A DNA stretch of 64,000 nucleotides from Ramazzottius varieornatus (Eukaryota; Animalia; Tardigrada): NCBI GenBank assembly GCA_001949185.1, contig BDGG01000002.1:2415826-2479825 (forward strand), written 5' to 3'. The notes under the pieces are model-generated. The model was not told the DNA's origin. It did no database searches and saw only the letters and a program-made list of their open reading frames with translations. A program made the position numbers and the translations under genes. The stretch's first letter is position 1. Every line of letters begins with the position of its first letter. This document shows positions 37,161 to 49,553 of this stretch, in pieces.

Positions 37161-39053
37161 ATGGCTGCGGCACCTCCTCCACCCAATCGTCGCGCGCGGA
37201 AATCCCAACGTCGAAGGGACAATGTTGAGAGTAGAAATCTGCTGAGACTGGTAGTCAACCATGCCCGTCCTCCGCTCCACGACGACCTCCCGTTGATTCC
37301 ACTAGCCATCTTCGATGCGGATGAGGTCCAAGCTGTAAACCCGAACCCCGGGGAGTTCATGGAGGGCCTTGGTCAGCCACCTGCTGCCGGTGATGGGCCA
37401 GCGAATGTGCCGGTTCTTCCCATGATGGACACCTTTCCTTTGCAAGCTGGGTATAATCTCCGGGACGTCATGCTTCCTTTGGACCTGATGACTCGTATGG
37501 CAATGCGCCGGTAGGTGACGTCCTAACCACGCTAGGCCAGATAGCTTTTCATTGTGCAGCATTTCAGCAAAAAGACACACAGTCAGTCAGCGTTACATAG
37601 CGGTTGCGGTACCGGGACTTATTTGGTGGAGCGCGAAAAAACATCTTCGAATTCTCGTCATGTCAAGTGGCGCATTTTTCCAGCTAGTAAGAAGCGAACA
37701 CTGCGCCACCTGAGGTGACAAACATCTCGAGATTGTTTAGCGGATATTACGTAGAGCGTCTGAAGTGGCGCGGTTGTACCTTGTTGATGGCTGGAAGCAT
37801 GCGATCCGAGCGAATTCGTCTGCCGACGTCCCATTGGATTCTGACCGAATCAGAGTTAATCCGAGTTAACTCTGAAAAATCTCATAAACATGTTGTTTTC
37901 CTTGACAGCTGCAACAGGGCGTTTAGAGACCAGGCGGAGGATAATATGGACGAGCAGAGGCAGTGTTTAGACCTCAACAAGCTCTTCCATAACTACTGGA
38001 TGGAATGCAGACGCGCAAATCACCCTGTGCCCCCTCATCCCATCGCGTTAGCGCACCAAATTCTCCGGCCCCACAACAGACCAGTACTGGAGTCTCTTCT
38101 CTACCGGATCGGTATGCTGGCCAATGCATTTCCTATGGCGGCCAATGGCACCCTCATTCTACGTCTACACCTGGCTATCCATCCGGTATACGGAAATTCT
38201 GGGGGTCCGCTGATGACGGACTCGCTGGCTTCGGAGTTTTTATCGCGGATAGTGCAGGGTCATTTCCGCAACGCTACCCGGGTCATCTTCGTGGATTCCT
38301 GTTTGCTTGCGAGCATAATGAGCCCGGCCGGTACCTGGGCCCAGTGCCAGGATCGCGTCTGGTTCGTCCGGACCTACATCAATAGTCTAGACCTCTGCGG
38401 CCACCTGGTTGCACCGCTGTACCTGCACAACTACCGCCAGCGATTCTACCCCGCTAATCCGCAACGACTTGAGGGTTACTGCGAAGCAATGGACACGCAA
38501 ATGCAGTTTGGAGATCGGGCGGCACTGAAACTGCTCAAGCACTCGCTGGTCCGAGCTTGGCAGAGCGAGCCGCAAGCCTCCTTTTTGATTATCGACCTAT
38601 TACGGACTCTTGATTAGTATGTACAGTATCATCACCATCTGGGTGTTACTATACCTTTCCTTTCACTAAAAGTTTCAGTCAATTCTTGCTTTTAGTACGA
38701 CGTACCGCATCGGTGTGGACGAGCTCTTTCCGAATGGAGAGGACAGTAGCGAGCAAGAAATTATGGCCATGGTCATCACCGACCGCGAGCAAGGTTGGCA
38801 ACCTTCGTCAGTTTACGTGCTTGCCCTGGCCATGGCGCAATACAAGCAAGGTCAAGGTACTGCCATCAACGAAAACGTCAACGGCTGCCCAACGTGCACG
38901 CGTGTTTTCGTTGAGGGGCCAATTGAAGCTGCTTTCGTTGGAAATGGTGAAAATGAATGGGTGGCGGAGCCTGTGCAGGATGAAGAGCAAGACCCAATAG
39001 ATTTCGACGCAATCATGGCTCAGATGATAGCTAACGGGGCTTTTCAGTTTTGA
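37161..39053 (+). CDS. Uncharacterised protein with a divergent F-box-like motif; 3 exons (37161-37510, 37909-38616, 38696-39053)
   Basis: Clean spliced ORF; VMLPLDLMTRMAMRRCNRAFR resembles the F-box LDxxxRxxxRRVCRxW segment. Confidence 0.65.
37664..37712. repeat. Family-B palindrome unit in an intron
   Basis: caagtggcgcat-N25-ctgcgccacctg. Confidence 0.75.
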
Positions 39054-40429
39054 TGTGCCGACCTCTTCATCGTCTGGAGAAGACTTTCCGAACACTGTTG
39101 AAAAGGACAACAGCTGCGCTGTCTTTGGTCGCGTGATTTCGAGTAAAAGCACGAAGCACAAAATGCGAACCGTTAACGTTGCGCCGAGGCGAAAGCAGTC
39201 AGAAACAACCGTACCACTACCAGCGGACAGGCAAGTTCTTGCATGTAACTTGTCCTAACGTCGGTGTATTTGGGCGAACCAAACGGGCACTAGCTGTTCA
39301 TCCGGTCAGACCTGCAAAGTTTAGCTAGTTTGATTTCTGCAGGTTCGAATTCGCTTCGAATTGTTTTCTTCAGAAGTGTGCCAAATCTTTCCGTTTTTAT
39401 CGTAATGTTTCAAGTTCAGACTGCGTAATGTATGGTTCCTGGTTTTCTTCTTTTCGTCTACTTTTGATCGTGACTTGTCGTTCCCACAAACCAGATTGCC
39501 GGCGTGTTGTCCGGCTCACGGTCTGGGATGGCTTCTTGCGGCGTATCGTCACGACATCAATCACGACAAAATCATGTGTCGATCTTTTCCCGACCTTTCC
39601 GGCTCGAAAGTTAATATCGTTTAACCACCATACTGACATGCATATCGCCGGACCAAAGCAGATGGCACTCGGCGATCTGTAACCTATGGAGCTCGGTCGC
39701 GATTATGCGAGTCCGCTTTTCTTCGTCCTCGCACACTGATCGCTACGAACCCTCCCAGTGTAATAAGCGTTGAGTTGGTTCATTCAGCATGAAAATTGGA
39801 TGAACGATCATGTCTGCCGCCGTGAGTAACGACCTTGACGGAACCTTGACGAACCAAACCGTACACGCGCGTTGGTGAGCAGCAAACTTGGTTTCTAGGG
39901 GCTGCGTCCGTTCGAACTACGCTTTTTTCCACAATCATTCCGTGCTTGCCTAAGTATTACCTAAGTATTATACTATACCGCTGTGGCAACACAATGCCTT
40001 CGCCCAGCAAGAAAATGGCTTCCTCGACGTGTTCGCATGGAAGACGCGCTTGTATGGAGTGCAACTTTCCTCCTATTGCGTCGCAGTTCGCAGGAGCCCG
40101 TGTAAGTGGCTTTACAGTCGCATAGTTAGAAAGCTTTTCGCTGTGTAGCGAGAGACCGACTCAGACCCAGTGTTATTTTCTCAGGGCGACGCGAGCTCAC
40201 CATCTGCAGAAAGTCAGAAGCCCGTAACTAAAGCGGCCAAGAAAACAAGAACGTCAAGCAGCAAGAAGGTGCATACCACCTGTTTTTATTGTCAGGAAGT
40301 ACTGTAATGCTCCATAAACTTTTGGGAATGGCGTCACAGTGTGCGTATGCTGTAGGCATCATTATACCCGTAAACTCTGTGCGCACTGTGACGACCCTTC
40401 GCGAGGTTCATGAAGCGTTACAGTAAGTA

Positions 40430-40690
40430 TAGAGATTGAGTTGCCACTCCGGTTCACTTTGCAACTGTAACTACTGCCTTGCTCCGCCCCTTTCGTGACG
40501 TCTAACTACATTTCCTTTCCGGAGCTCCCCTTATTTTGGAAAGAAGCGTAATCGGAGTTGCGGTTAGCTAGCATTGGGAAGCATGGTGGCTGCCCAACTA
40601 TTCAAATCAAAGATCAGCGCTTATGAGTGACGTTGCAGCTCATTTTACCTACAGTGGGACTTTCATCTGGCGGTGGCAACTTAATGTCTG
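40430..40690 (-). mobile_element. MITE family A, copy 3 (reverse)
   Basis: Reverse complement of 2165-2432 with a small deletion; TA flanks. Confidence 0.85.
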
Positions 40691-41444
40691 TAATGTCAAG
40701 CTGTGCTGCAGTCAGAAGTTTTTGTTTTTTAGACCTCGCCCAAACCTAAACGAGCAAAGCGACTGACGCCCAGGGTAAACAGCCCGGCGACTCCAAAGTG
40801 CTAATTCCGGATTGCTACCCTGCAGAGTGTTGATGGAATGTGACTTTTGGTACCGGCGCTTAACATTTGAACCGGTAACTTCATGACCTTTCATGGATTC
40901 TGTTCTGCCGAGATTGAGCATATCTAGAACTAGTCGTGCATTACAAGTCGCTATGCTGTCCTATTCAAAGCTACTATTGTTTGGAGACGATGCGGATTAA
41001 AAGTACAGTACAGTCTGTACGTACCTTTACACCATACTGCAATGCTTCATGAACTTTGCGAAATATGTCATTATACGCGCGAAATATCCCTGAGGGGGTT
41101 GGTATGGCAAAATTTTCGGACCGGGGTTCAACTGTACGCTTTTGATGACGTGCTTCGCGAAGTTCATGAAGCATAACAGTATGCCATATGACCAGTGCTA
41201 TCCCTATAGATTGCAGAATACATACAGTGTAGGAAATACATCCATCGGAGTTTTCCATTTAGGTTTTGTTTACGCTTCCCAGTTCGAAGCGCGCCATTAT
41301 ACCGTATATAATCAAGGTCTCCCAAGTGGAGGCCGAAAATCTAGCTTTCATGGAGAAACCGGAAGAGATGCATTTCCTACACTGTAGGTATACAATCCAC
41401 TCGTTCGAAATCTGTACAGTGCTCTTGCGTTTCTGTTGCTACCA

Positions 41445-42544
41445 GTCAGACGTCAACCGTACAGCTTGCCATAACAAAGGAAAGTGACGTGAGAATCCAC
41501 GGACGTACTGGTGTTTTGCCAAAGGATGGTCTGCAACAATGCTTCAAGGCCCGGAGAATGCGAGTGTCGTCCTGGAAAGCAATATCAACCCGGAAACCAG
41601 CAAGTGCCAAGGTACGCCTAAAAGACAGTAATTGAAGTTACTTTAAATCTGATTTGTGAGAATGGAATGAGATATGGTGCGACGGAATTAACCTGAATTC
41701 AGTACTTGTAGATCCAAGTCAGAAAAGGTGTAGCTTTTCTGTTCAATGAAATTTGAAACATCTGAGCGAAACATTTACCGTCGTGGTTGTCAAAGTTGTT
41801 CACTGTGACAAAAGCTGAATCATACTTCTCATGTTATTCCGAAATGTACTCCTCTTCGTCCTTGTAGAACTTGCTTCTCGACCGTGTAACATCGTCACAT
41901 CCCAGTATCCCGTAAACTGCAGCTCTCTGATCCAGCAGGCTCATGCCATGACCAGAGCAACCGCTGCACATGCGTCGACACTACCAAAACGCCGAGTGTT
42001 CCTGGAGCTCTGGTATATCAGGGACCAAATCTCGAACATGAATGCAAAGGTATTTACGTAACTGCCATATGCGCTTGAAGAAAGAGCAACAACTTTTTCG
42101 ACGTAAATTTACAGTGATTTTGTGTTTTCAGCAAACGGATATGGGTCGCTCTGCTTCAGTGAAGGCGAGTGTCCCGCTACGCACCGCTGCTTCTTCAAGA
42201 ATCCTTCTACAAAGACTGGTCAATGCATTTGTCACCAACACGAGCGTGCCAAATGGAACAACCCCCAGCAGTGCGAACGTACGAATTTTGGTCGATGGAA
42301 CAAACTTAATCGTGAATTGGTGTTTACCTGACTGCAGTTTCATGTGACCGACCGATTGTTTTGTTCTGTTACAGCGGCTTTCAAGCATTGCTGCCAGGAC
42401 ACATTTAGGTGCGGCGTCACACAACCCGGAAAATTTGGGAGGTTGCAGTGCATCAACAACCTGTGCCTTTGCCCAATGGGACAACGCTGGATCGAGGCTA
42501 CTAAAACGTGCGAGTACTCTTCGGCTGCCAACGTTTTTTACTAG
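41445..42544 (+). pseudogene. Cys-rich repeat (EB-module/EGF-like) extracellular protein gene with frameshifts
   Basis: Four exons each ending C-x-C..C (CECRPG.., CTCVD.., CICHQ.., CLCPMG..); the first two need frameshifts to keep the Cys pattern. Confidence 0.6.
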
Positions 42545-43644
42545 TAGAGCTTTGATAGTTTGCCGTTAGATTACTGCTTTTCCAATAAGCTGTTATTCCA
42601 GCTATAGGTTGGCTCTTCTCTTCAACTTCAGTCGCAAATGCTACCAAAGTGTGCGTGACGAGAATGTAGCGGGATATCAATATTATACCGCTAATGGTAT
42701 CGAGTCTAAGTTCTAAACCGTAATTTTGGACATTGAGATCGACCTAACATGCAGTACGACCACGAGCGTCTCATTTCTGGGCCCTAATTACAAAAATTTT
42801 GACAGTGACTTCCGTATCGCTATGACGTGGTGCAAAACATACCCTGTGGCATCCGCGCGAAATAGCCTTTCCCGGAGAAGTGAAAGAGCAGCCATTCAAG
42901 AGCTCAGTCAAGTAACTGCGCTTTGCATGATGCAGTACGAGAAGAAAAAGTAAAATTTCCAAGTCAGAGCCAGGCAAATCGTACGGCCAGCCAACAACAT
43001 CACATTCAAACGGCTGTGCTCAGCCGTAACGTTCATCTACCTGAATTTACGGACTTTATGTTTGCTTCTCGCATTTCTGATCCCTCTTCGACTTTCTCGC
43101 CGACGGTGGTCGATGTTCCAGTGCGAAGCACCTGCGACGAACTTGCACTGGATATCGAAGGTGAGCTGTATCACAAGCCGCATTCGGAAAAGGACCCAAG
43201 CCGAACTATCCTGAACTGGGCATCTTTTCGACGAAAAGAGGTGATGAATATCGACAAGAATCCTCGTTTACGCTTTGTCAAGAATGTTGCTTGGTAAATC
43301 GTTTCGCTGCTTTCTTTAGGGTCGAATGTATACTAGTCTCACAGTGGAAGACGTGAGACTATTGCTCCAATCACTTATCGCCGGAAGAGCAGTGGGTGCC
43401 GCCGTGCCGGAGCTGGGCTGCTCAAGCAGAAGAAGCACAACAACGCGTCTCCTTCCACCTTCGACAACAATCGCGCCATTGAAGCTGATAGCAATATTGG
43501 ATCCAAGGGAGGCCTCGCGGGATTGATGAGCATGTTTGGTGTTCAGGTAAGCTTGGGTAACATTTCCTAGCCGCTTGGCAGAGGAAAAAGAGTGGTATAA
43601 GTTTCAAATGGGAGCTCGGCAGACAATTCGACAAGACCGATTTT

Positions 43645-43693
43645 CAAACGGCGCACGCTTCCGGCCATTGGAACTGACAACATACGCCACTTC
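43645..43693. repeat. Family-B palindrome unit
   Basis: caaacggcgcac-N25-atacgccacttc. Confidence 0.7.
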
Positions 43694-44388
43694 GGGGAAA
43701 CCAGATTGTCGAATTGGCTTACTGAGCTCGCAAACTGCTCCGAAGATCGCAACAATCTTGCCGCAGCAGCCAGGATACCTTTTTATCCGCTGCTCAAAAT
43801 TAATAGCCGAGAAGGCCATGCTCTGGAAGAAAACAAGGAGATTTTCAACCAGCGATTTCGCAGTGCAGTAGGACGTGTAAGCGCATACATGGTTGTAGTC
43901 AGTAGGCTGAATACCAAGTTTTAACCAATCATTTGCTTTCGGCGAAATTTTCCCTAGCTGGAAATTTTTTCTGACCAAGAACCTGGTTTTTAGAGCCAAA
44001 CACATGGGGTGTTCGGGAAATTTGTACCCTGGTCTGTCACTCCTTTTACATTTCCCGGTCCGGATAATCCTAGTGTGTACCCCTTGTAAGCCGTTAGCGG
44101 TAGCGGTACTTCGTGCTTGACAATTTTAGTCTTGTATTTTTTTCGCGATTGTTCCGGAGTAATTTCAGAGCCGATCCTGATTACAGTTAAAGGTGAGGCT
44201 GCACCTTGACGAAGTTTCCTATGTTCCGTATTGCAGGTATGGCAAAACCGGGATCTTCCAGAGGCAAAAAGTCCGAGGGAGGCGAGAAGAAGCAGGCGAA
44301 GCCGTCTGATGTAAGGACTTCCGGTGAGTGACTGGACGTTCAATCATCCCTGAAACCCTATTACCATTTGTACTTTCAGGTCCAACAA

Positions 44389-46234
44389 TGCGAACTCGAA
44401 AGCGGAAGAGCGTTGTGGAAGAAGTCGAAAACCCAGAGAAGAGTCGACTAGAGAACATCCACAAAAAAGATTCGTTCGTCTTGTCCAGTTGCGTTTTGGA
44501 GAATTATGAGTTGAGGGGTATACCCTGTATTCTACCTATTGTCTTGTCAGACTTCATCGTGGTTCAGTTTCCGGACAAGATGGCTTTGACACTGGATATG
44601 AAAGCTGTCACGACAACGAAGAAATGGGATGTGGACGACGGCGTTTCCTACGGCGAGTCCCTAGCTACGGGTGACCAGATAGTCGTTCGTCACTTGAGAA
44701 AGATGGACGCAAAGCAGCAGTCTTCCAAAGCCAAATTCGTGATCATCACTGCGAGCAAAGCTGAAGCTGAAGGTCTACAGAAAACGCTGGACGAGCAAGC
44801 CAGGAAAGCGATGGTAAATGCTTCCCATATTTTACGGCTATCTCTGCTGTTAGTGCTTTCTCATCGAGTAGTTTTCAGAATATCGCTCCAAAGAAACCTT
44901 CCGGTCCGTTGTCACCTTCCAAAATTCAGAATGAGCGAGATTTCTTATCGGAACTGGTCTGTGAATCTGCAGATGGACAACACGAAGATGAAGCTTGGGT
45001 TAGCGAGTCGGCGGAAGTGGAACAAACAGAACGGTCGGCGTCCCCACAGCTTCAGTTGGCTCAGACTTTGGATAGGGAGTATGCTCGGAAGCCGCGTTCG
45101 CCCAATGTAGAAAGCAGATGCTGGCTTTTCAATCCATTCACCGGCTCAGCAGTGAAACGTAAGGAAATATAAATATTTGTTTTCTAGGAGACGCTGCCAC
45201 CCTTGACTGAAAAAACTGATTGATGCGGTGTTGTTGGCATTCCCGACCTCTTTGATGCTTACGTGACAATACTTCCTGTTGTCAAACAGGTGAACACACC
45301 GCTGAACCTCGGACGAAAATCCTGTCTGCCGAGGCACACTGTCGCCATGAAAGGTAACTCGCTGATTTCACTCTCATGACCATCGAAAATCTTTATAGTA
45401 CATTTTCATGATGCCTTCAAAATTATCAGATGTTGCGGTGACCAGACAGCATGTTCTAGGGTATATTCATCTCGATCCTGATGATGCAGAAATTCTGTCC
45501 AGTAAGACATTCGATTATGCTGCCAACTGAATTCATCTCAGTTTATTAAACTTAACCTGGGTATCGATTTATGTGAACAGTCAACTATAAGACTGGTGCA
45601 GCATCGTGGAAATCTCTCGACCAACGTGCATCATCATCGCCAGCTGCAGAGTCGAGCGCCATGACTGTTTGTGGAGAGCGAGGCAAGAAGATAACACTAG
45701 GTAAGTTGACCACTTTTCGATCAGCAAATTAAAACTGAAGAATAAAACAATAACCTGTTTTAATCAATCTTTAAAAGCCCGAAATAGGCGTGCGTTTTGT
45801 CGGGAGGTGAAAGCAATAACCGCAGAGAAGGCTCGAAGCTGTTCAGGCGGCGGACCTTGTCGGACTCTGACAGCAACGAAGAGCCGTCGATGTCTGCTGG
45901 TAGGTTCGTCAGCATAGTACTGTCAAATGAATAATATACCGTTGGGTTGCAGTTCCAGCTGAATCCTAATCAGCGTAGAATTCTGGAGGAAACCAGGCTG
46001 TTACTGAAGACGGAAGGCTTCGGCAAGGTGGAACTGTTCCCTCGAAGCAACGTGTGGGTCTGCGGCACTCGTTTCAAAACCTTCAACAGTGAACTCCATA
46101 GGAACCCGTTAATCGACGCGGTCGATTTGGCCCTACTGTTCTTTGGTCCAAGGCACAACGCTCTGGATTTGTTCGAGGGTCGTGGATTTGGGCTTCAGGC
46201 GGCCCTGGGAAACGGTGCCGTTGACAAGAGGTAG
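44389..46234 (+). pseudogene. Degenerate spliced gene, possibly BEN-domain-like
   Basis: Exon-like ORFs; KVELFPRSNVWV..AVDLALLFFG resembles the start of BEN domains; gene model incomplete. Confidence 0.35.
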
Positions 46235-46878
46235 ACAAGAGTATGGAACCCGGCGAGGGTACTTCAGGAGTACAATCCAAAGACCTAGTTTTCGAATCTG
46301 ATGATGAACCTTTGTAAAAAGTCTCGCTGTTCATTCAGCTAGCCTCCCTTTTCTTCTCTGTTGAGCATAAAAATTGTGAACGATGTAGGATTCATGTCTG
46401 TAGGCCAACGTTTCGAACTGCGGATGCGTGTAAGAAAACTGCGAATCAGTATCAGTCGACACTTCCGCTTCCCCCAAACATCCGCTTCCCCCAAACATCC
46501 GCTTCTAAATGCCCTCCCGGACATGCGATACGGAAGCGATGAGGTATATGACAGACGATATACCTCATCGCATCCGTTTGGTATCATTTGTGGAATGTGG
46601 GGGGGGGGAAGCTCTCACACACGCGTGTTGCTGCCTTGAAGACCTCGCCGTAAGGTACAGCATAGGTTTTGGAACATGCATGGTGGTGCATGCCAGAGGT
46701 CTCCGTAAATAATCCCGAATCCGGGCACATTTGCTCCGCCCGCAGCCCATCGAAAATTCACAGCAATGAGGTATTCTCTGGCTCCTCGAGCCTGCTCTAC
46801 GCCCGAGGCAGTCAAACGCATCACCGATGCACTAACGCCAGAGTCCATACATTCTGCATAGTCTCGCAGCTGTATAAC

Positions 46879-47672
46879 CAGTGTTGGTTCGATCATTACA
46901 ATGGATAATTGAAAATGCCGGAAAACGACGGTTTTGGAATTCCAATATGACAATTTAAATTGAGAACTCCAGGCTAGAAAATTTGAATATTAATTAGAAT
47001 TGTACTGGAACTCGGAAAATACAACAAAATTATAATAATTATCGGTAATCGAAATACAGAATGTGGCAATTTAAATTACTTAATCTGCAAAAAAACAGCG
47101 CGCTAAAATGCGCGTGGGTGCATCAAGTGTCGGAGTTTCTACGCGTGATTGGCGTTTGATTGGGCGAATGTGTGTGCGTATGTGCATGTCGCACGATGGC
47201 GAACGGGCGCGATGTGTAGCTTCCTTAACCACACGCGGTGCCTCAACGTTCAAGCGAAGTTGAACCCCGGTCCCAGTATTCTCCTCTACCAACCTCCTAA
47301 GGGATCTTTCGTGAGTATGATGGCATACGCGCGAGATTTCCAGAAGCACAATAATCGGGTTGACGTCAGCACATCCCTTTAAAATGCCTTCGCTGTACCA
47401 TGCTTTGTGCTAAACATCTGACGGGCATTCTACGCGCATGAGACGAATGGCTTACGTTGCGTTAAAGTACCAGTCATATGAATAGTAAAATCACGAAAAA
47501 GAACTATCACAATTGAAATAGTCTTAATTGCAGTCGCCAGCCGAATTCAGATTAATTGTAATAACTAATTCACTGGATTGAATCCCACACAATTGAAATT
47601 GCTGCGGCCCGAGGTATTCCAATTAATCGTAAGTGCAATTAAAATCGAAAAAGTCATATTGAAACAACACTG
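46879..47672. mobile_element. Non-autonomous hAT-like element (CAGTGTTG termini), AT-rich subterminal repeats
   Basis: cagtgttggttcgat..attgaaacaacactg; TSD not convincing. Confidence 0.5.
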
Positions 47673-47962
47673 TGTAGTGTGTAACCCGGTAATATCGTAA
47701 GAGTTAAAACATTGTCTCAAATCTGATTGGAGTAAAGGCAAAGCACACCGACACGCCCAGAAGACTTGATATTTGTAAGCGACTCAAACTGACTGACAAT
47801 GTCTCTCGTGGCAAGCGAAGCGAACCTCCCTTCGTTTCGTGAGCCACAAATGATTTCACTATCTGTTGAATTTTAAACGAGTTTTAAGGGTTTCGTTTCG
47901 TGCTGCGGCTCGTTTCTAGCATTCCTTCGTATGCTTTGCAATTCCCCTTTTACACTCATCAC

Positions 47963-48609
47963 TAGTGCTGGGATAAATACGATAAAATACGATGTGATAT
48001 TTTCTGATAAGTATCTTTCAATATTTATATTTCGTTTAGATATCAACCACGTATCGATATTTCGATATGATACTTTTCTGATATTTTATTGTTGATATAT
48101 CGAATTCTATTGCATTGGTATATCGATATATCAAGCCAGTATCATGTTGAAAACTATCGGAATCAAGAAAGAGCCAAAGAGCAACCAAACGACTGTCGTT
48201 CATTACGTTTGAGTTAGAATAAAAGTCAGATGTGTTCGTGTACGCGAGTGTGTTCGTTGCTCAATCTATCAAGGTCTGTCGTTACGCACCTAGCTCCGCT
48301 GACTGTTCACTTCTCCGAAGTCGGCTTGGATGCATGTGCGCGATACATTACGAGCGAGGCTGCGCTGCCTGTGCGGTACCGAACCGAAGTACCGACTTCC
48401 GAAGTTCCGATTCTCAAGTGCAGGTTTGCGATTTATCGATATATCAGAAATATATCGATATACCTCGAGATGATATTTTCATTTATCCTATTCCGCTCAG
48501 CGATATTCCGTCCATATCGATATTTCGATATGATATTGTTGTCATATCGAATCACTGTCATGTGATATATTTCGACAGGATACGATATATCATATTTATC
48601 CCAGCACCA
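47963..48609. mobile_element. hAT-type MITE with many ATCGAT/GATAT subterminal motifs
   Basis: TIR tagtgctgggataaata..tatttatcccagcacca; 8-bp flanks ctcatcac/cacattac (6 of 8 match). Confidence 0.75.
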
Positions 48610-48877
48610 CACATTACTGATACACTAGACAAAGATTACTTCCGGTAGGCTTTGCTGACCATTGTCCAGCTGGCTCTTGTTACACACCTTTACTATTATA
48701 GTCTTACCGGATATTGATTAGCTTAATCTGCATCGATTTATCCCAGCACCACACATTACTGATACACTAGACAAAGATTACTTCCGGTAGGCTTTGCTGA
48801 CCATTGTCCAGCTGGCTCTTGTTACACACCTTTACTATTATAGTCTTACCGGATATTGATTAGCTTAATCTGCATCG
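48594..48877. repeat. Tandem duplication, 2 x 142 bp
   Basis: 48594-48735 is repeated at 48736-48877. Confidence 0.9.
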
Positions 48878-49553
48878 ACTGTATTGATACTGCACGCTAG
48901 CCGGTGTCCAGTCGGTATCAATCTATATTGACAACTAGTTTCGACCATCGATCGATATAAATGGCCGCAACAGTTTTCGCCACGGATGGCACTCTTTCAT
49001 CGCCACTTTGAAAATACCGTGTTTCTACCTGATAAAACTGTGCAGAAATTTCATGACGGCTGTTCTTCACAATTTCAGAGGCTTTCAAAAACAATGGCGT
49101 CCACAACATTATTTTGGTGAGGGCTCCTTCCACCGATGGGCTTTCGTAGTGGTGGCTGTGAACTCGTGACTTTCTGGTTCGTCTCACCACATTTCGTTTA
49201 TCTAAAGAAGTGGTGAGAGGCGCCTCTCGGTGGTGTAAAGACTAAAACCGGTGATTAGATGAGCCCATCGGTGGTGTCGGTGGTGAGAGGAGCCCTCATC
49301 TCTTAGGACTAGAACTTAACTGTAAGATTGTAATGAAAGAAGAGCGTTGGGGATACGTTACGAGGGAAAACCTGTGGGATAGTCTTTGTCCAGTTTGGGG
49401 GAAAAAGTTATGAAGGTCCCCGTGAAAAGGTATTTACGGAGATCTTTGGTGGAAGGACCTTCTGAATTCACGCAACCTTTCCTTCGGCATCGTTCCCGAC
49501 CAAAATCAGAATCATAATCTTAGTACTGGGCTGCCAGAAAAACTGGTCTCATA

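Noticed and set aside
40014-40270. Two small exon-like segments (MASSTCSH.., GDASSP..)
   Set aside because: Could not be extended into a gene model or assigned to a family.
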